From: a virus
Lineage: Duplodnaviria > Caudoviricetes
Strand: one strand, 5' to 3'
Virus record (IMG/VR): IMGVR_UViG_3300046522_000316
Coordinates: 64,001 to 128,000 of that record
DNA: 64,000 nucleotides
The position numbers and the translations under genes are program-made. The notes beneath the pieces were generated by a model. It did not search any database, was not told where the DNA came from, and worked only from the letters and a program-made list of their open reading frames with translations. Position 1 is the first letter of the stretch. Every line of letters begins with the position of its first letter. This document shows positions 38,025 through 47,494 of the stretch, piece by piece.

Positions 38025-38861
38025 ATGACTCTTTTATCAGTGGATGGCACGAACACAATGCACCGGGCGTATCACGCTATTCGCCCGTTGAGTTACCGGG
38101 GATTTCCCACGCACGTGATTAGCGGGTATTTTTCGATCCTGCGTTCCAATCTGAAAATCACGGGTGCGAAATTCTGCCTGAACTCGTTTGACCGCCCCGG
38201 TAGAAATTTCCGGCATGAATTGCTGGATAACTACAAAGGCGACCGTCCAAAAGACGAAGAGAAAAGTAAATCCATTGCAAAACAGTTGCCGGTGATTGTG
38301 GAACTGCTGGACGCGATGGGGTTTGCGATATTCGGGCGCGTCGGCGTAGAAGCTGACGACGTGATTGGTTCGACTGCTGCGAATTACACGGGCGGTCTGG
38401 CCTATATCCTTTCCAGCGACAAAGATTTCGCGCAGGAATTGATTCACAAACACGTTCGCCTGATCAATCCGAACAAACAGATGACCATTAGCCGTAAAAA
38501 CTGTAAAGAAATATACGGGGTTGAAGCAAAACGAATGATCGACTTCCTAATGCTGGATGGGGATAAGGTCGATTGCATTCCGGGTATTCCCGGCGTTGGC
38601 GGCAAAACCGCAATCAAGCTGATTGAGGAATTCGGAAAGGCGGAAAACATTCCCCATGACCGGTTTCCAAAGAAGGCGCGAGAAACTGTAAATACAAAGA
38701 AGATTCTGAAACTCAATCGACAGCTTGTAACCATACGGCACGACCTGTACGATGCGAATAAGGAATTGGATTTATCAATTTCTAAAGTGAACGTGAAAGC
38801 ATTCACGCGCATTTGCGATAAATATGGATTGGACTCGTTGAAAAAGTCCGTCCTGAAGTAA
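38025..38861 (+). CDS. 5'-3' exonuclease / flap endonuclease (PolA N-terminal/Xni-like)
   Basis: DGTN...RAYHA, EADDVIG, SSDKD and GDKVDCIPGIPGVGGKTA. Confidence 0.92.
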   Translation: MTLLSVDGTNTMHRAYHAIRPLSYRGFPTHVISGYFSILRSNLKITGAKFCLNSFDRPGRNFRHELLDNYKGDRPKDEEKSKSIAKQLPVIVELLDAMGFAIFGRVGVEADDVIGSTAANYTGGLAYILSSDKDFAQELIHKHVRLINPNKQMTISRKNCKEIYGVEAKRMIDFLMLDGDKVDCIPGIPGVGGKTAIKLIEEFGKAENIPHDRFPKKARETVNTKKILKLNRQLVTIRHDLYDANKELDLSISKVNVKAFTRICDKYGLDSLKKSVLK

Positions 38862-38931
38862 ACGCGGGAACCATACCTGCAAACCACCCGGCAATAACGC
38901 CGACCATGCTGGAAAGTAAAGAGAGAAAATC

Positions 38932-39513
38932 ATGACCGAAGTAGCCGTAGTAAAACTGTCGAAGAACGAAACCGCCGCTGTCAAAGCCGTTGCCGCTGCT
39001 GCCAAAACTCTGGAAGGCCTGAAAGCCGACCTGAAAACCGCGCAGACCGTTGTTCGCTCGAACGCCAAGCTGGCTCTGACCACCGCGCCGAAAGTCGTGA
39101 GCAATCTGCAAAAGAACGTCGGTTCCGTCGTTGAAACTCTGCAACAGGCCGTACTGGCCGCGACCACCGAACTGAACGACGCGAAAACCGCGCTGACCAA
39201 CGTTCGTTCGACCGAAAAAGCAGAAGCCGCGCAGAAAGCAAAAGACGCCAAAGCCAAACAACGCGAAGCCGACAAAGCAGCCGCTGCCAAAAACAAAGCC
39301 GCCAATGCCAAGCCTGCTGCCGCCGCTGTCGTTGCCGCACCGGTCGTGAAAGCTCCGAAAGCAAAAGCTGTTGCTGCCCCGGCTGCTGCCAAAGCTCCGA
39401 AAGCAAAAGCTGCTGCCCCGGTTGCCAAAGCTCCGAAAGTTGCCAAGGCGCCGAAAGCTGCCGCTGTTGTTGCTGCGCCGAAAGCCAAAGCTGCGAAAGC
39501 TGCAAAGGCATAA
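38932..39513 (+). CDS. Histone-like Lys/Ala-rich protein
   Basis: Coiled-coil N-terminus; C-terminal AKAPKA repeats. Confidence 0.75.
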   Translation: MTEVAVVKLSKNETAAVKAVAAAAKTLEGLKADLKTAQTVVRSNAKLALTTAPKVVSNLQKNVGSVVETLQQAVLAATTELNDAKTALTNVRSTEKAEAAQKAKDAKAKQREADKAAAAKNKAANAKPAAAAVVAAPVVKAPKAKAVAAPAAAKAPKAKAAAPVAKAPKVAKAPKAAAVVAAPKAKAAKAAKA

Positions 39514-39547
39514 GCCTTAGATCCGTAGCGGGTCTGTAGCAAAACCG

Positions 39548-39577
39548 AAAGCGGCCTAGAAATAGGTCGCTTTTTTT
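39548..39577 (+). terminator. Rho-independent terminator
   Basis: AAAGCGGCCTA-GAAA-TAGGTCGCTTTTTTT. Confidence 0.85.
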
Positions 39578-39596
39578 ATTTCTGCGGGAGAAAAAC

Positions 39597-40397
39597 ATGT
39601 TCAACGCTAGCGGAATTGTTCAAAACATTCTGAGTGGCAGCGTCACCTATTCTGAATTGCTGCGCGATATCGCCACTGTGCAGCAAATGAGTTCCAACGC
39701 CATCGGTGCAGATTACATTGTCAACATGCTGGCCGCTCTCGGTTGCCGTCTTTCTCTCGACGGTGAAAAACTTATCACCGTTCCTTTTGATGCCAGCGTT
39801 ACCGTTACAACTCCGAATCACATGCGTGCGGCTGGGAATGATCTTCCATTCATCAAATCCGAACCGTTCGTGTTGCTGCCAAACTGGCAGGATCTTTATG
39901 CACGCGTCGAAGTTATGCTGCCCGGCAAAACCGAATCGCTGTTGGTAATCGCCTATCGCGAAACCCTGAACATGCAAAACACGTTCGCCGCGCAAGGTCG
40001 CCGCGTTCCATCGCAAATGGTTTGCTTCCCTGTCATGTCGTTGAATGACGGCAAGGTCAAACTAGCGCGCATGTCGCTTTTCAGTTTCATGAAAGGTTCT
40101 GCGGCCTTCTTGAATGGTGGCGCCTGCACCATCGTCGGCCATCACGCACGCAAACGCATTCAAGCGTGCGCCGCGCAACTGAATCACAGCCATGACCCGG
40201 TTAAAGCAATGGCCGAGGCCGAACAGGCGTTGAATGCATTGCGCGCCGACTACCAACAGCCGAACACCCTTACATATGAACAGGGCTGCATGCTGCGTAC
40301 CTTGCTGGACACGCGCAAACGCAATGCAAAGGCCATTCAGGCGGGTATGGGCACCATTCATAACGAACCAAAGGGGCAAGGCGCTAATGGCGCTTGA
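39597..40397 (+). CDS. Hypothetical protein
   Basis: 266-aa ORF with a GGAG RBS. Confidence 0.75.
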   Translation: MFNASGIVQNILSGSVTYSELLRDIATVQQMSSNAIGADYIVNMLAALGCRLSLDGEKLITVPFDASVTVTTPNHMRAAGNDLPFIKSEPFVLLPNWQDLYARVEVMLPGKTESLLVIAYRETLNMQNTFAAQGRRVPSQMVCFPVMSLNDGKVKLARMSLFSFMKGSAAFLNGGACTIVGHHARKRIQACAAQLNHSHDPVKAMAEAEQALNALRADYQQPNTLTYEQGCMLRTLLDTRKRNAKAIQAGMGTIHNEPKGQGANGA

Positions 40398-40422
40398 CCC
40401 TATGAAGGCCCTTTGATACCTT
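40394..40422 (+). promoter_or_regulatory. Sigma70-like promoter overlapped by a hairpin
   Basis: TTGACC-17 bp-TACCTT; overlapping GAAGGCC...GGCCTTC inverted repeat. Confidence 0.45.
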
Positions 40423-40614
40423 AAAGGCCTTCCGTAACGTTTTGTGCCTGATGCATTAGCGCTCACGGAATAAGGGAAGTTTGTAGTTGCTGCCTTATAT
40501 AGGCATGCGCCACCGCCTGTTCTGCGATGTGCGTTTGCCGTTGGTAGTTCGCCGCCCTCGGCAAAAAATGCACAGTCGATAAACGACACTAACGAAATTT
40601 GGAAAGTTGGAGAT

Positions 40615-42531
40615 TTGGAAATGACTATTCTTAAAGGCCAGACCGTAAACGTTAACCACGGCAAGAAAGGCGTATTCAAAGAGACGGTGAAAATCGTCCT
40701 GAAGAACGGCACCGTTCGCACCGAGGAAGGTTCCGAGTTCAACACCGCCGACATGTACAACAAAGGCAAAGGCAAATTCGTTGACCTGAAAGGCGGCGTC
40801 GTGAAGAAAACCGCCGCTGCTGCCGCTGCCCCAGCTGCAAAAGCTGAACGCCCTGCACCGCCGACCATCACTTTCAAAGAACTGGAAGAGAAAGCGCGCA
40901 AAATCAACGGCATCGAAATCGAAAGCCTGAAGCGCAAAGACGGCATTGTCATTCTGGCCGATGGTTCGTCGGTTGCAATCGGTGACATTTCCCGCAAGGG
41001 CAAAGGTTACGGCGCTGACGTTGTGACCCCTGCGCCGAAAGCTGGCAAGAAACCTGCCGCTGTTAAAGCTGCGACCGAAAAAGCCCCGGTGAAAACTTCC
41101 GGCGTTAAGCCAGCTGCAAAAACTGCTGCCCCGGCAAAAACTGGCGGCGCAGTGAAGAAAGTAAAAGCGGCCCCGGCTGACGAAAACGCATTTGACGAAG
41201 GCGCGCTGTATGGCCCGGCTGGTCAATACGAAACTTCCGACGTTCGCGGCAAGACCATCGACTTCAACGGCGACGACGTGAAAGTGGTTAAAACCTTTTC
41301 GTCCGGTCGTTGCGTTCTGGAAAACGGCGAAGAATTCCAAGCCGACGAAATCCGCAAACGTCACGATGGCCGTTTCTGCGTGTATTCCGATGAATACATC
41401 GACGAACTGAAAGAACTGCACGAACAAGCCAACACCCGTGCGAAGGCAATTCAAAAGGCCAAAGACACGCCGAAGCCTGTAACGTCGCGCAGCTTCAAAA
41501 AGAACGTGACTCAAGTTCTGGTCGGCAAGAAAATGCAAATTGTTGAACGTATCCTGACCACTGGCGTAATCGTCATGGATTCCGGGTTGCGTATTGCAAT
41601 TGCTGACGTTGAACAGCAAGGCGCAAAACTGGTTTACGTCGGTGCTGCATCGACCAACCAGAAAGCCGGTGGCGCATTGCCGAAAACCCGCGAAGTTCCG
41701 CCGTTCGAGAAAAAGATCGTTCGCGTTTCTGAATTCGACGACGACACCGCGCAAGACATTTGCGATTTGCTCGAAGAAAACGTGCGCAAAATCATGGCGG
41801 GCGAATATGACGTTCAACTGGTTTCGTCGTTCGCCGGTCGCGGCACCGAATTCTGCACCGTTGCATTCAGCTTCGCGATTGCCGACGCTGACCCGGCGCG
41901 CATTCAGGAAATGGTTGCACGTCAACGCGCTGAAAACTTCGCGGACGACGAAGGCAGCGACCTCGACCCGCACCAGCTGACTCCGAACGCCGACGACATT
42001 CCTGAAGAGGAAGAGGAAGAGCAGGAAGAGGAAGAAGAACAGGAAGAAGAGGAAGAGCAGGAAGAGGAAGAAGAACAGGAAGAAGAGGAAGAGCAGGAGG
42101 AAGAAGAGGAACAGGAAGAAGAGGAAGAGCAGGAGGAAGAGGAAGAGGAACAAGAAGAATTGGAAGAGGAAGAGCAAGCCGACTTCCCTGAAAACCAAAC
42201 CTTCGCCGCTGCCGAAACTTCTTTCCCTATCGACACCTCGGAACTGGTCGGTGACGCTTCGGCCCGTATGGCGAAAATCGTTCCTACTGCCAAGTATCAA
42301 GGCGCAATGCGCAAAGCCGCTGCTGCGTGGTACGAATCGCAAGATGCGTACACCAATTTCGGTTATGCCATTGAACCGGGTTCGACTATCGAAGACGCAG
42401 GTCAAACCTACCTGTTCATCGGCCTGCGCGGCGATGCGGTCGGCCTGATCAACGTTGCGAGTGAAACCGTTCGTTCGGTGGACTTCGAAAAATTCGTTGA
42501 GATTTGCGAAGCCAACGGCATCGAAATCTAA
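40615..42531 (+). CDS. Multidomain protein with internal ~35-aa repeats, a K/A-rich linker and an (EEEEEQ)n tract
   Basis: 638-aa ORF; repeats visible in the translation. Confidence 0.85.
   Translation: MEMTILKGQTVNVNHGKKGVFKETVKIVLKNGTVRTEEGSEFNTADMYNKGKGKFVDLKGGVVKKTAAAAAAPAAKAERPAPPTITFKELEEKARKINGIEIESLKRKDGIVILADGSSVAIGDISRKGKGYGADVVTPAPKAGKKPAAVKAATEKAPVKTSGVKPAAKTAAPAKTGGAVKKVKAAPADENAFDEGALYGPAGQYETSDVRGKTIDFNGDDVKVVKTFSSGRCVLENGEEFQADEIRKRHDGRFCVYSDEYIDELKELHEQANTRAKAIQKAKDTPKPVTSRSFKKNVTQVLVGKKMQIVERILTTGVIVMDSGLRIAIADVEQQGAKLVYVGAASTNQKAGGALPKTREVPPFEKKIVRVSEFDDDTAQDICDLLEENVRKIMAGEYDVQLVSSFAGRGTEFCTVAFSFAIADADPARIQEMVARQRAENFADDEGSDLDPHQLTPNADDIPEEEEEEQEEEEEQEEEEEQEEEEEQEEEEEQEEEEEQEEEEEQEEEEEEQEELEEEEQADFPENQTFAAAETSFPIDTSELVGDASARMAKIVPTAKYQGAMRKAAAAWYESQDAYTNFGYAIEPGSTIEDAGQTYLFIGLRGDAVGLINVASETVRSVDFEKFVEICEANGIEI
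42004..42175 (+). repeat. Coding tandem repeat of about 18 bp (EEEEEQ, about 8 units)
   Basis: GARGARGARGARGARCAG units. Confidence 0.9.
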
Positions 42532-42598
42532 TCGCGCCTGTTCCCACGCGGGGGAGCAATAAGAATCCCCCGCAAATTTAATTCCGAGGTAAAAGATC

Positions 42599-43735
42599 AT
42601 GAACGAATTTTTCAGCCGCTTGGTAGGATCTGCACACGTTGCAATCGCTGCCTTTTATCAGAGCCTGTTTTCGCAAGCTCTCAGTACCTCCGCCGATGAA
42701 TTGGCAGACTGGTACAAACTCGATCCGACCGAAGTCGATCTGGAAGACGGCGCAGAAATTTACGCCAAACGTATTTCGCTGCCGATTTGGGATTTGGTGA
42801 ATCCTGATCATGCGGCGGAAATTGCCAGTGACATGATGCTGGAACTCGAAGCCAAGCACGATATGCATTTGTGCAGTTACACCGGCGACGGCGAATTCAT
42901 CGTTTACATCACCAACGAAGAAATCGAACTCGACGCTTTGCGTTTGGCTTTCGACGACCTCGAAGAACTGGAAGAGGAAGAGGAAGAACTCGAAGAACTC
43001 GACGGTTCCGAACTTCAGCAACAACCGGAAAGCGGTCGCGTTCTTTCCATGGTTCCGCGCATCGACCAATCGGCCCCGGCCCATGCTGCGCCAGCCGTTG
43101 AAATCGAAGCGGATTTCCCCGAGGAAGATTTCCCCGAGGAACCGTTGATCGAAGAACCGGCCCCGGTCGCCGCTGTAGCCGCGCCAGCCGAGATTGCAGA
43201 CGCCGATCTGGTAGAGGAAGAACCTTTGCCCGAGGAAACGCCTGTAAACGAAGCACAGGCCGTTGCAGCGCCAACCGAAACCAACGCGCAAGCCGAAGCA
43301 CTGGCGAACGCATTGAATGGCGAACCAGCACAGGCCGTTGAACAGCCCGCGCCAGCACCAGCAGAAACCGAAGCCTCGGCACCGGTTGCAGAAGCCGCAC
43401 CAATCGACGACGTTGTTGATACCGGCCCGGTAAAAGAATCGCCGGAAATCATCGCGGCAATTCACGCGGAAAAAATGCAGCAACTGATGGGCATGTTGCC
43501 GTCTGACACCATGTCTGAAGTTGATGACAATACCGGCGTGCTGTCCCTGATGTACAGTCGTGACGTGAACGGCGAAAATGTGGATTACATCCGCAACATT
43601 CGCCTTGTAAATGAAAACTTCCAAAACATTCGTTATGTGGACGTTTTCTATGTCGAAGACGAAGCGGGTAAAGTGCTGCACCGCACGTCGAGCGTACAGA
43701 GCATTATCCAGCACTTGGATCATCTGAACGCGTAA
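42599..43735 (+). CDS. Acidic, Ala/Pro/Glu-rich protein
   Basis: 378-aa ORF with a central low-complexity region. Confidence 0.8.
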   Translation: MNEFFSRLVGSAHVAIAAFYQSLFSQALSTSADELADWYKLDPTEVDLEDGAEIYAKRISLPIWDLVNPDHAAEIASDMMLELEAKHDMHLCSYTGDGEFIVYITNEEIELDALRLAFDDLEELEEEEEELEELDGSELQQQPESGRVLSMVPRIDQSAPAHAAPAVEIEADFPEEDFPEEPLIEEPAPVAAVAAPAEIADADLVEEEPLPEETPVNEAQAVAAPTETNAQAEALANALNGEPAQAVEQPAPAPAETEASAPVAEAAPIDDVVDTGPVKESPEIIAAIHAEKMQQLMGMLPSDTMSEVDDNTGVLSLMYSRDVNGENVDYIRNIRLVNENFQNIRYVDVFYVEDEAGKVLHRTSSVQSIIQHLDHLNA

Positions 43736-43757
43736 CGCGAAACTGTAAATCAGAATG

Positions 43758-43787
43758 GAAGGGCTACCCTGTGGCCCTTCCTTTTTT
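43758..43787 (+). terminator. Probable terminator
   Basis: GAAGGGC...GCCCTTC followed by CTTTTTT. Confidence 0.65.
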
Positions 43788-43801
43788 CATTTCTGGAGCC
43801 T

Positions 43802-44263
43802 GTGCATATGATTCACCGCAAACGCAGCGAAAAAATCGAAAACATTTACATGGCGTTGGGCATGCTGGAAAAAGATCCGCGCCGTGAAAAATTCGAAATG
43901 GACATGACCCTCACTTCCCTAATCGGCCCGAACATCGCGTTGAAAACTTCGCACTACGAAGCGGTTATCACCGTTCCGTTCGAAGGGCAGATTGTCATTC
44001 TCGAAATCGACGGGGCCAAACAGCGCTTCGCTGATTACGCCGCGTTCCTCGAATTCTTCCTGCGCTCTTTGGAGCCTGCCCGCCCGGCTACCCTTGCCCT
44101 TGCTGCTGTAATGCCCGATGGCGTCCGCTTGGGCAACTCGGTGGCGTTTGAGCGCAACGGCGTGCGCTACCTGTGCGTTGAAAAAGACGGCCAGTTCGAA
44201 GTGCGTTACAACAGTCAAATGATGGTAATGCCGCACGACGACATTGCCGCCGTTTTCGGTTGA
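43802..44263 (+). CDS. Hypothetical protein
   Basis: ORF with a GGAG RBS. Confidence 0.7.
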   Translation: MHMIHRKRSEKIENIYMALGMLEKDPRREKFEMDMTLTSLIGPNIALKTSHYEAVITVPFEGQIVILEIDGAKQRFADYAAFLEFFLRSLEPARPATLALAAVMPDGVRLGNSVAFERNGVRYLCVEKDGQFEVRYNSQMMVMPHDDIAAVFG

Positions 44264-44583
44264 TCATCCGAGGGATAAAGATGGAACTGGCAGAATTTGT
44301 TTCGCACGTTTTGCAATTTGCAGAACATGACGAAATTGCAATTACGAACCATCCCCTTGATATGCATCCTTTCGAGGCTGCTATCGCCCTCAACAGCGCG
44401 TTGGCCCTTGTGCCCGATGGTGAAGCCGTAAAAGTTTTCGGCACCACTGGCGACACACTTATTATCGTGCGCGTGTCGGCCATTCCTGAATATCGTGAAG
44501 CCATTGAATTCGGTTGCGATAAACGACACGCTGAAGAAATCAAACAAATTTGCGAGCGCCCGAACAATGCAGCTACTGACTAG
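44260..44583 (+). CDS. Hypothetical protein
   Basis: Coupled ORF. Confidence 0.65.
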   Translation: MIIRGIKMELAEFVSHVLQFAEHDEIAITNHPLDMHPFEAAIALNSALALVPDGEAVKVFGTTGDTLIIVRVSAIPEYREAIEFGCDKRHAEEIKQICERPNNAATD

Positions 44584-45853
44584 CACTCTCCATCACCTGT
44601 ACGAAAAAGGAATTCTCAAAACGTGCGAACCAACGCATGATTTCGAGTCGTATTCGTATGAGTACATGGGCCGACTGGTTAAGCAGCCCGTTACGGTTGG
44701 TACGCGTATGAAAAAATCAGACCTGTTGAATATCGTGCGCAGTGCGTGCGATGGAAACCTCGAAGACATGGCAACCGTCGCCATGCTTTACAACGTAGGC
44801 TTTGGCCTGCCGTTTGATCGTGAACGCGCCGTAGCGTGGATGCAATATTCGTTGGTGAATCCATCGAGCCAGTTCGACGCCGAATGTGAGTACGCGATTA
44901 AATGCGCAGAGGAAGCGCCGGACGTTTCCTATCCGGACTCGCTGATTTATCCGTGTCTGGATATCGTGCGCAAAATTCACGATCATAAAAACACTGGCAC
45001 CATTCGCAAAGGCTGTTCGGTTCTGCCGCGCTTTAAAGGCGTGCGCGTGTATTTGATTTATCGCACGCAGCCCGGCGTAACGCCGCATCTGTACGCAGGC
45101 TTTTATCATGACAAGGAGAATTATTTCCTTGCGCTGGATAAACTGGTTGCGTTGGGTGCGCCGCGCTATTTCGGTGAACTCCGGGGCCGCGTAACGATTC
45201 CGGAATACACGCCGTTCGGCCACAATGCGATGTATGTAATTGCTGGCACCGTTTACATTCCCGAATCGAAACGGAATGGCGACAAGATCAGCAAAGTGTT
45301 CAAAGAATTCCTGACGGATGAAACGCCGCAGCTGACACCGCAACACTTCAGCGTTGACGACACTGTTGCCATGCTGGAAGAGGCGCAGAAAACTGTAAAT
45401 ACTATTACACGGTCACAGAGCCGATTGGCGGAACAAGGTAAGGCCATTCCTTTGGAGTCGCTGCAACAATTGCAGAAGGCAAACAAACGAGTAGAACAGC
45501 TTACGGCACAGGTAAAGAACGCCAACCCGGAAGCCGAGTATCAGGCCTATCTCAAATCGCGCCCTGAAGCCCGTCTGCGCTTCGTTGCGACTGAAATGTA
45601 CCGCTGGAACCGGGACGGACTTAAAACCGTTCCAATGGGACGCCAGCAGCACCAGCAAATGCAATCGTTAGGGTTTCACAGCCTCACGCATCCAGCCCTC
45701 GAATTCGTTGGTCATGTCGCAGACACAACCGACGTGCGTGAAACTGTAAATAAATTCGAGAAGGCTATGGACGCAAAGGTATCTGCCTTAATCATTCAAC
45801 CCGGCCCCGAATCGACGGTTCGGTTTGTAGACGTTACGAGGATTGATCTGTGA
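44567..45853 (+). CDS. Degenerate NAD-dependent DNA ligase adenylation-domain-like protein with a Sel1-like repeat
   Basis: PRFKGVRVYLIY (cf. KxDG motif I), IAGTVYIP, LRFVATE, MQSLGF and SALIIQP in LigA motif order. Confidence 0.55.
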   Translation: MQLLTSTLHHLYEKGILKTCEPTHDFESYSYEYMGRLVKQPVTVGTRMKKSDLLNIVRSACDGNLEDMATVAMLYNVGFGLPFDRERAVAWMQYSLVNPSSQFDAECEYAIKCAEEAPDVSYPDSLIYPCLDIVRKIHDHKNTGTIRKGCSVLPRFKGVRVYLIYRTQPGVTPHLYAGFYHDKENYFLALDKLVALGAPRYFGELRGRVTIPEYTPFGHNAMYVIAGTVYIPESKRNGDKISKVFKEFLTDETPQLTPQHFSVDDTVAMLEEAQKTVNTITRSQSRLAEQGKAIPLESLQQLQKANKRVEQLTAQVKNANPEAEYQAYLKSRPEARLRFVATEMYRWNRDGLKTVPMGRQQHQQMQSLGFHSLTHPALEFVGHVADTTDVRETVNKFEKAMDAKVSALIIQPGPESTVRFVDVTRIDL

Positions 45854-46788
45854 GCAATGACATTTCGTACAACGAAGCACATGAGCAACAATTGAAATCG
45901 AGCGAGCGCCAATTGGGCACCGCTACCGAACCGGAAAACGTTACACGTTACAAAGAAAATATTCCGGTTAAAGTTGCCGGTGAATTCCCGGTGCGAATTG
46001 TGCCGCGTGTTGAAGTGGTATTCGGCGCCGTGCTGAATACTGTAAATGAAGTAATAGAACAGCACAAAACGCTGACGCCTTTGATCGGCCACGACAACGG
46101 CGTAGTGGAAGAGGAAGACAATTCGGTTTCCCTCTACAGTCCGCTTTCGCGCAAATACAACGGCGCAGCATTGCAGCCGCTGGAATCGCTTTACGAATTC
46201 CTTGCAGCCCTTGAGCTTGAGCAATATTTGATTGTCTGCGAAGACTCGGTATTGCAGCAGCGCATTCAAGGTCTGATCGACACCCTGCATTCGCAATTGC
46301 AGGATACGTTCGGTGGCCCGGCCTTCGAACAACACGGCCTCGATTTTTCCGTGGCCCGCAGTGATTATTTCTCTACCAGCGTCACGCAGTACACGGTGGA
46401 AGAGAAAACTGTAAATAATATTCATCTGGTGATTCGTGTGTACATTCACGCGGCCAGCTTGACGAATACCCCTGACGATCCTGTCGAAGCTATTAACAGC
46501 GCATTCGGTGCGCCTTACCGGCAAGTGATCAAAAACTTCGCGACTGCAACCAAGATCAAAACGCAGATTGCAGTTGCATTTGATGTTTCTAATTTCACTG
46601 TACGGCCTAACCTTCTGACTCTGTTCACCGCGCTTTGCGCAGAACCGGGCGCACAAGCGGACGCTGTAAACAAAGACGATCATATCGACGCAAACGTAAT
46701 TGTTTCCGTCGCGCTGACAAACCCAAACGCCAAGGTGAAGACTGCCCCGAAAAAGGGTGTGGCACCGGCAAAACGCAAAGGTAGTTAA
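45850..46788 (+). CDS. Hypothetical protein with a basic C-terminus
   Basis: 312-aa ORF. Confidence 0.75.
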   Translation: MSNDISYNEAHEQQLKSSERQLGTATEPENVTRYKENIPVKVAGEFPVRIVPRVEVVFGAVLNTVNEVIEQHKTLTPLIGHDNGVVEEEDNSVSLYSPLSRKYNGAALQPLESLYEFLAALELEQYLIVCEDSVLQQRIQGLIDTLHSQLQDTFGGPAFEQHGLDFSVARSDYFSTSVTQYTVEEKTVNNIHLVIRVYIHAASLTNTPDDPVEAINSAFGAPYRQVIKNFATATKIKTQIAVAFDVSNFTVRPNLLTLFTALCAEPGAQADAVNKDDHIDANVIVSVALTNPNAKVKTAPKKGVAPAKRKGS

Positions 46789-46793
46789 ATCTC

Positions 46794-47351
46794 ATGGCAA
46801 AGCCAGAAAAAACCGTTAAAGCAAAAGCACGCACCAAAGTTTCCCGTCTCGACAAAGCCCTGCGCAAGCTGACCGGCACCAGCGCCAAAACCCCGTTCAG
46901 CATGAAATCCGGCGTGTTCACCGTGACCGGCTTCAGCGTTGTTCCTGCCGAAGTTCCGGGCTACCTGATCGACCGCACCGCGACCCACACCATCTATCGC
47001 CACAAGGCCACCAGCGCCTCGAAGAAAATGGTTGTGTCCGTGTTCGCAAACTCCGACGTTCTGCAACTGCTGGGCGGCAAGGAAGGCGGTAGCGTTACCG
47101 TTCGCCGTCGTTCCGCTTTCACCAGCGCAACCGGCACCCTGAAATTCGACGGCACTTCGGTTATCGTTACCGACACTGACGGCGGTGTTGCCGTGTTCGA
47201 TCTGGCCGCTGGCGATTACGAAATCAAAGCAGCCGATACCGAAGGTTCGCAAACTTCCGGTCGTGGCGTGAAATCGTCTTCCGACGAAGGCAAGAAGAAA
47301 AAGAAAGTCGTCGATATCAAAGAAGGCGGCAAGAAAAAAGCAAAAAAGTAA
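46794..47351 (+). CDS. Basic protein with a poly-Lys tail
   Basis: Strong codon bias; ends GKKKKKVVDIKEGGKKKAKK. Confidence 0.8.
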   Translation: MAKPEKTVKAKARTKVSRLDKALRKLTGTSAKTPFSMKSGVFTVTGFSVVPAEVPGYLIDRTATHTIYRHKATSASKKMVVSVFANSDVLQLLGGKEGGSVTVRRRSAFTSATGTLKFDGTSVIVTDTDGGVAVFDLAAGDYEIKAADTEGSQTSGRGVKSSSDEGKKKKKVVDIKEGGKKKAKK

Positions 47352-47409
47352 CTAACACCCGGTACATGGGCGACCTCGACTGAGCGCGCCCGTGACCACC
47401 TCGCAGTAA

Positions 47410-47455
47410 ACTGTAAATACACTGTACAAGATGTGCAGTGCAGAAAACTGTAAAT
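47410..47455 (+). promoter_or_regulatory. Tandem ACTGTAAAT motifs upstream of the poly-Glu gene
   Basis: Exact copies at 47410 and 47447, plus an ACTGTACAA variant at 47421. Confidence 0.7.
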
Positions 47456-47494
47456 CTCTTTCAGCAACATCAATCAATATATCTGGAGTTATTC

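Noticed and set aside
40495-43723. 701-aa and 381-aa - strand ORFs
   Set aside because: Antisense shadows of low-complexity + strand genes
44567-45853. Calling this ORF a functional DNA ligase (ligA)
   Set aside because: The adenylated Lys and DG motifs are not conserved and the OB/BRCT domains are absent, so it is reported as a degenerate fold only
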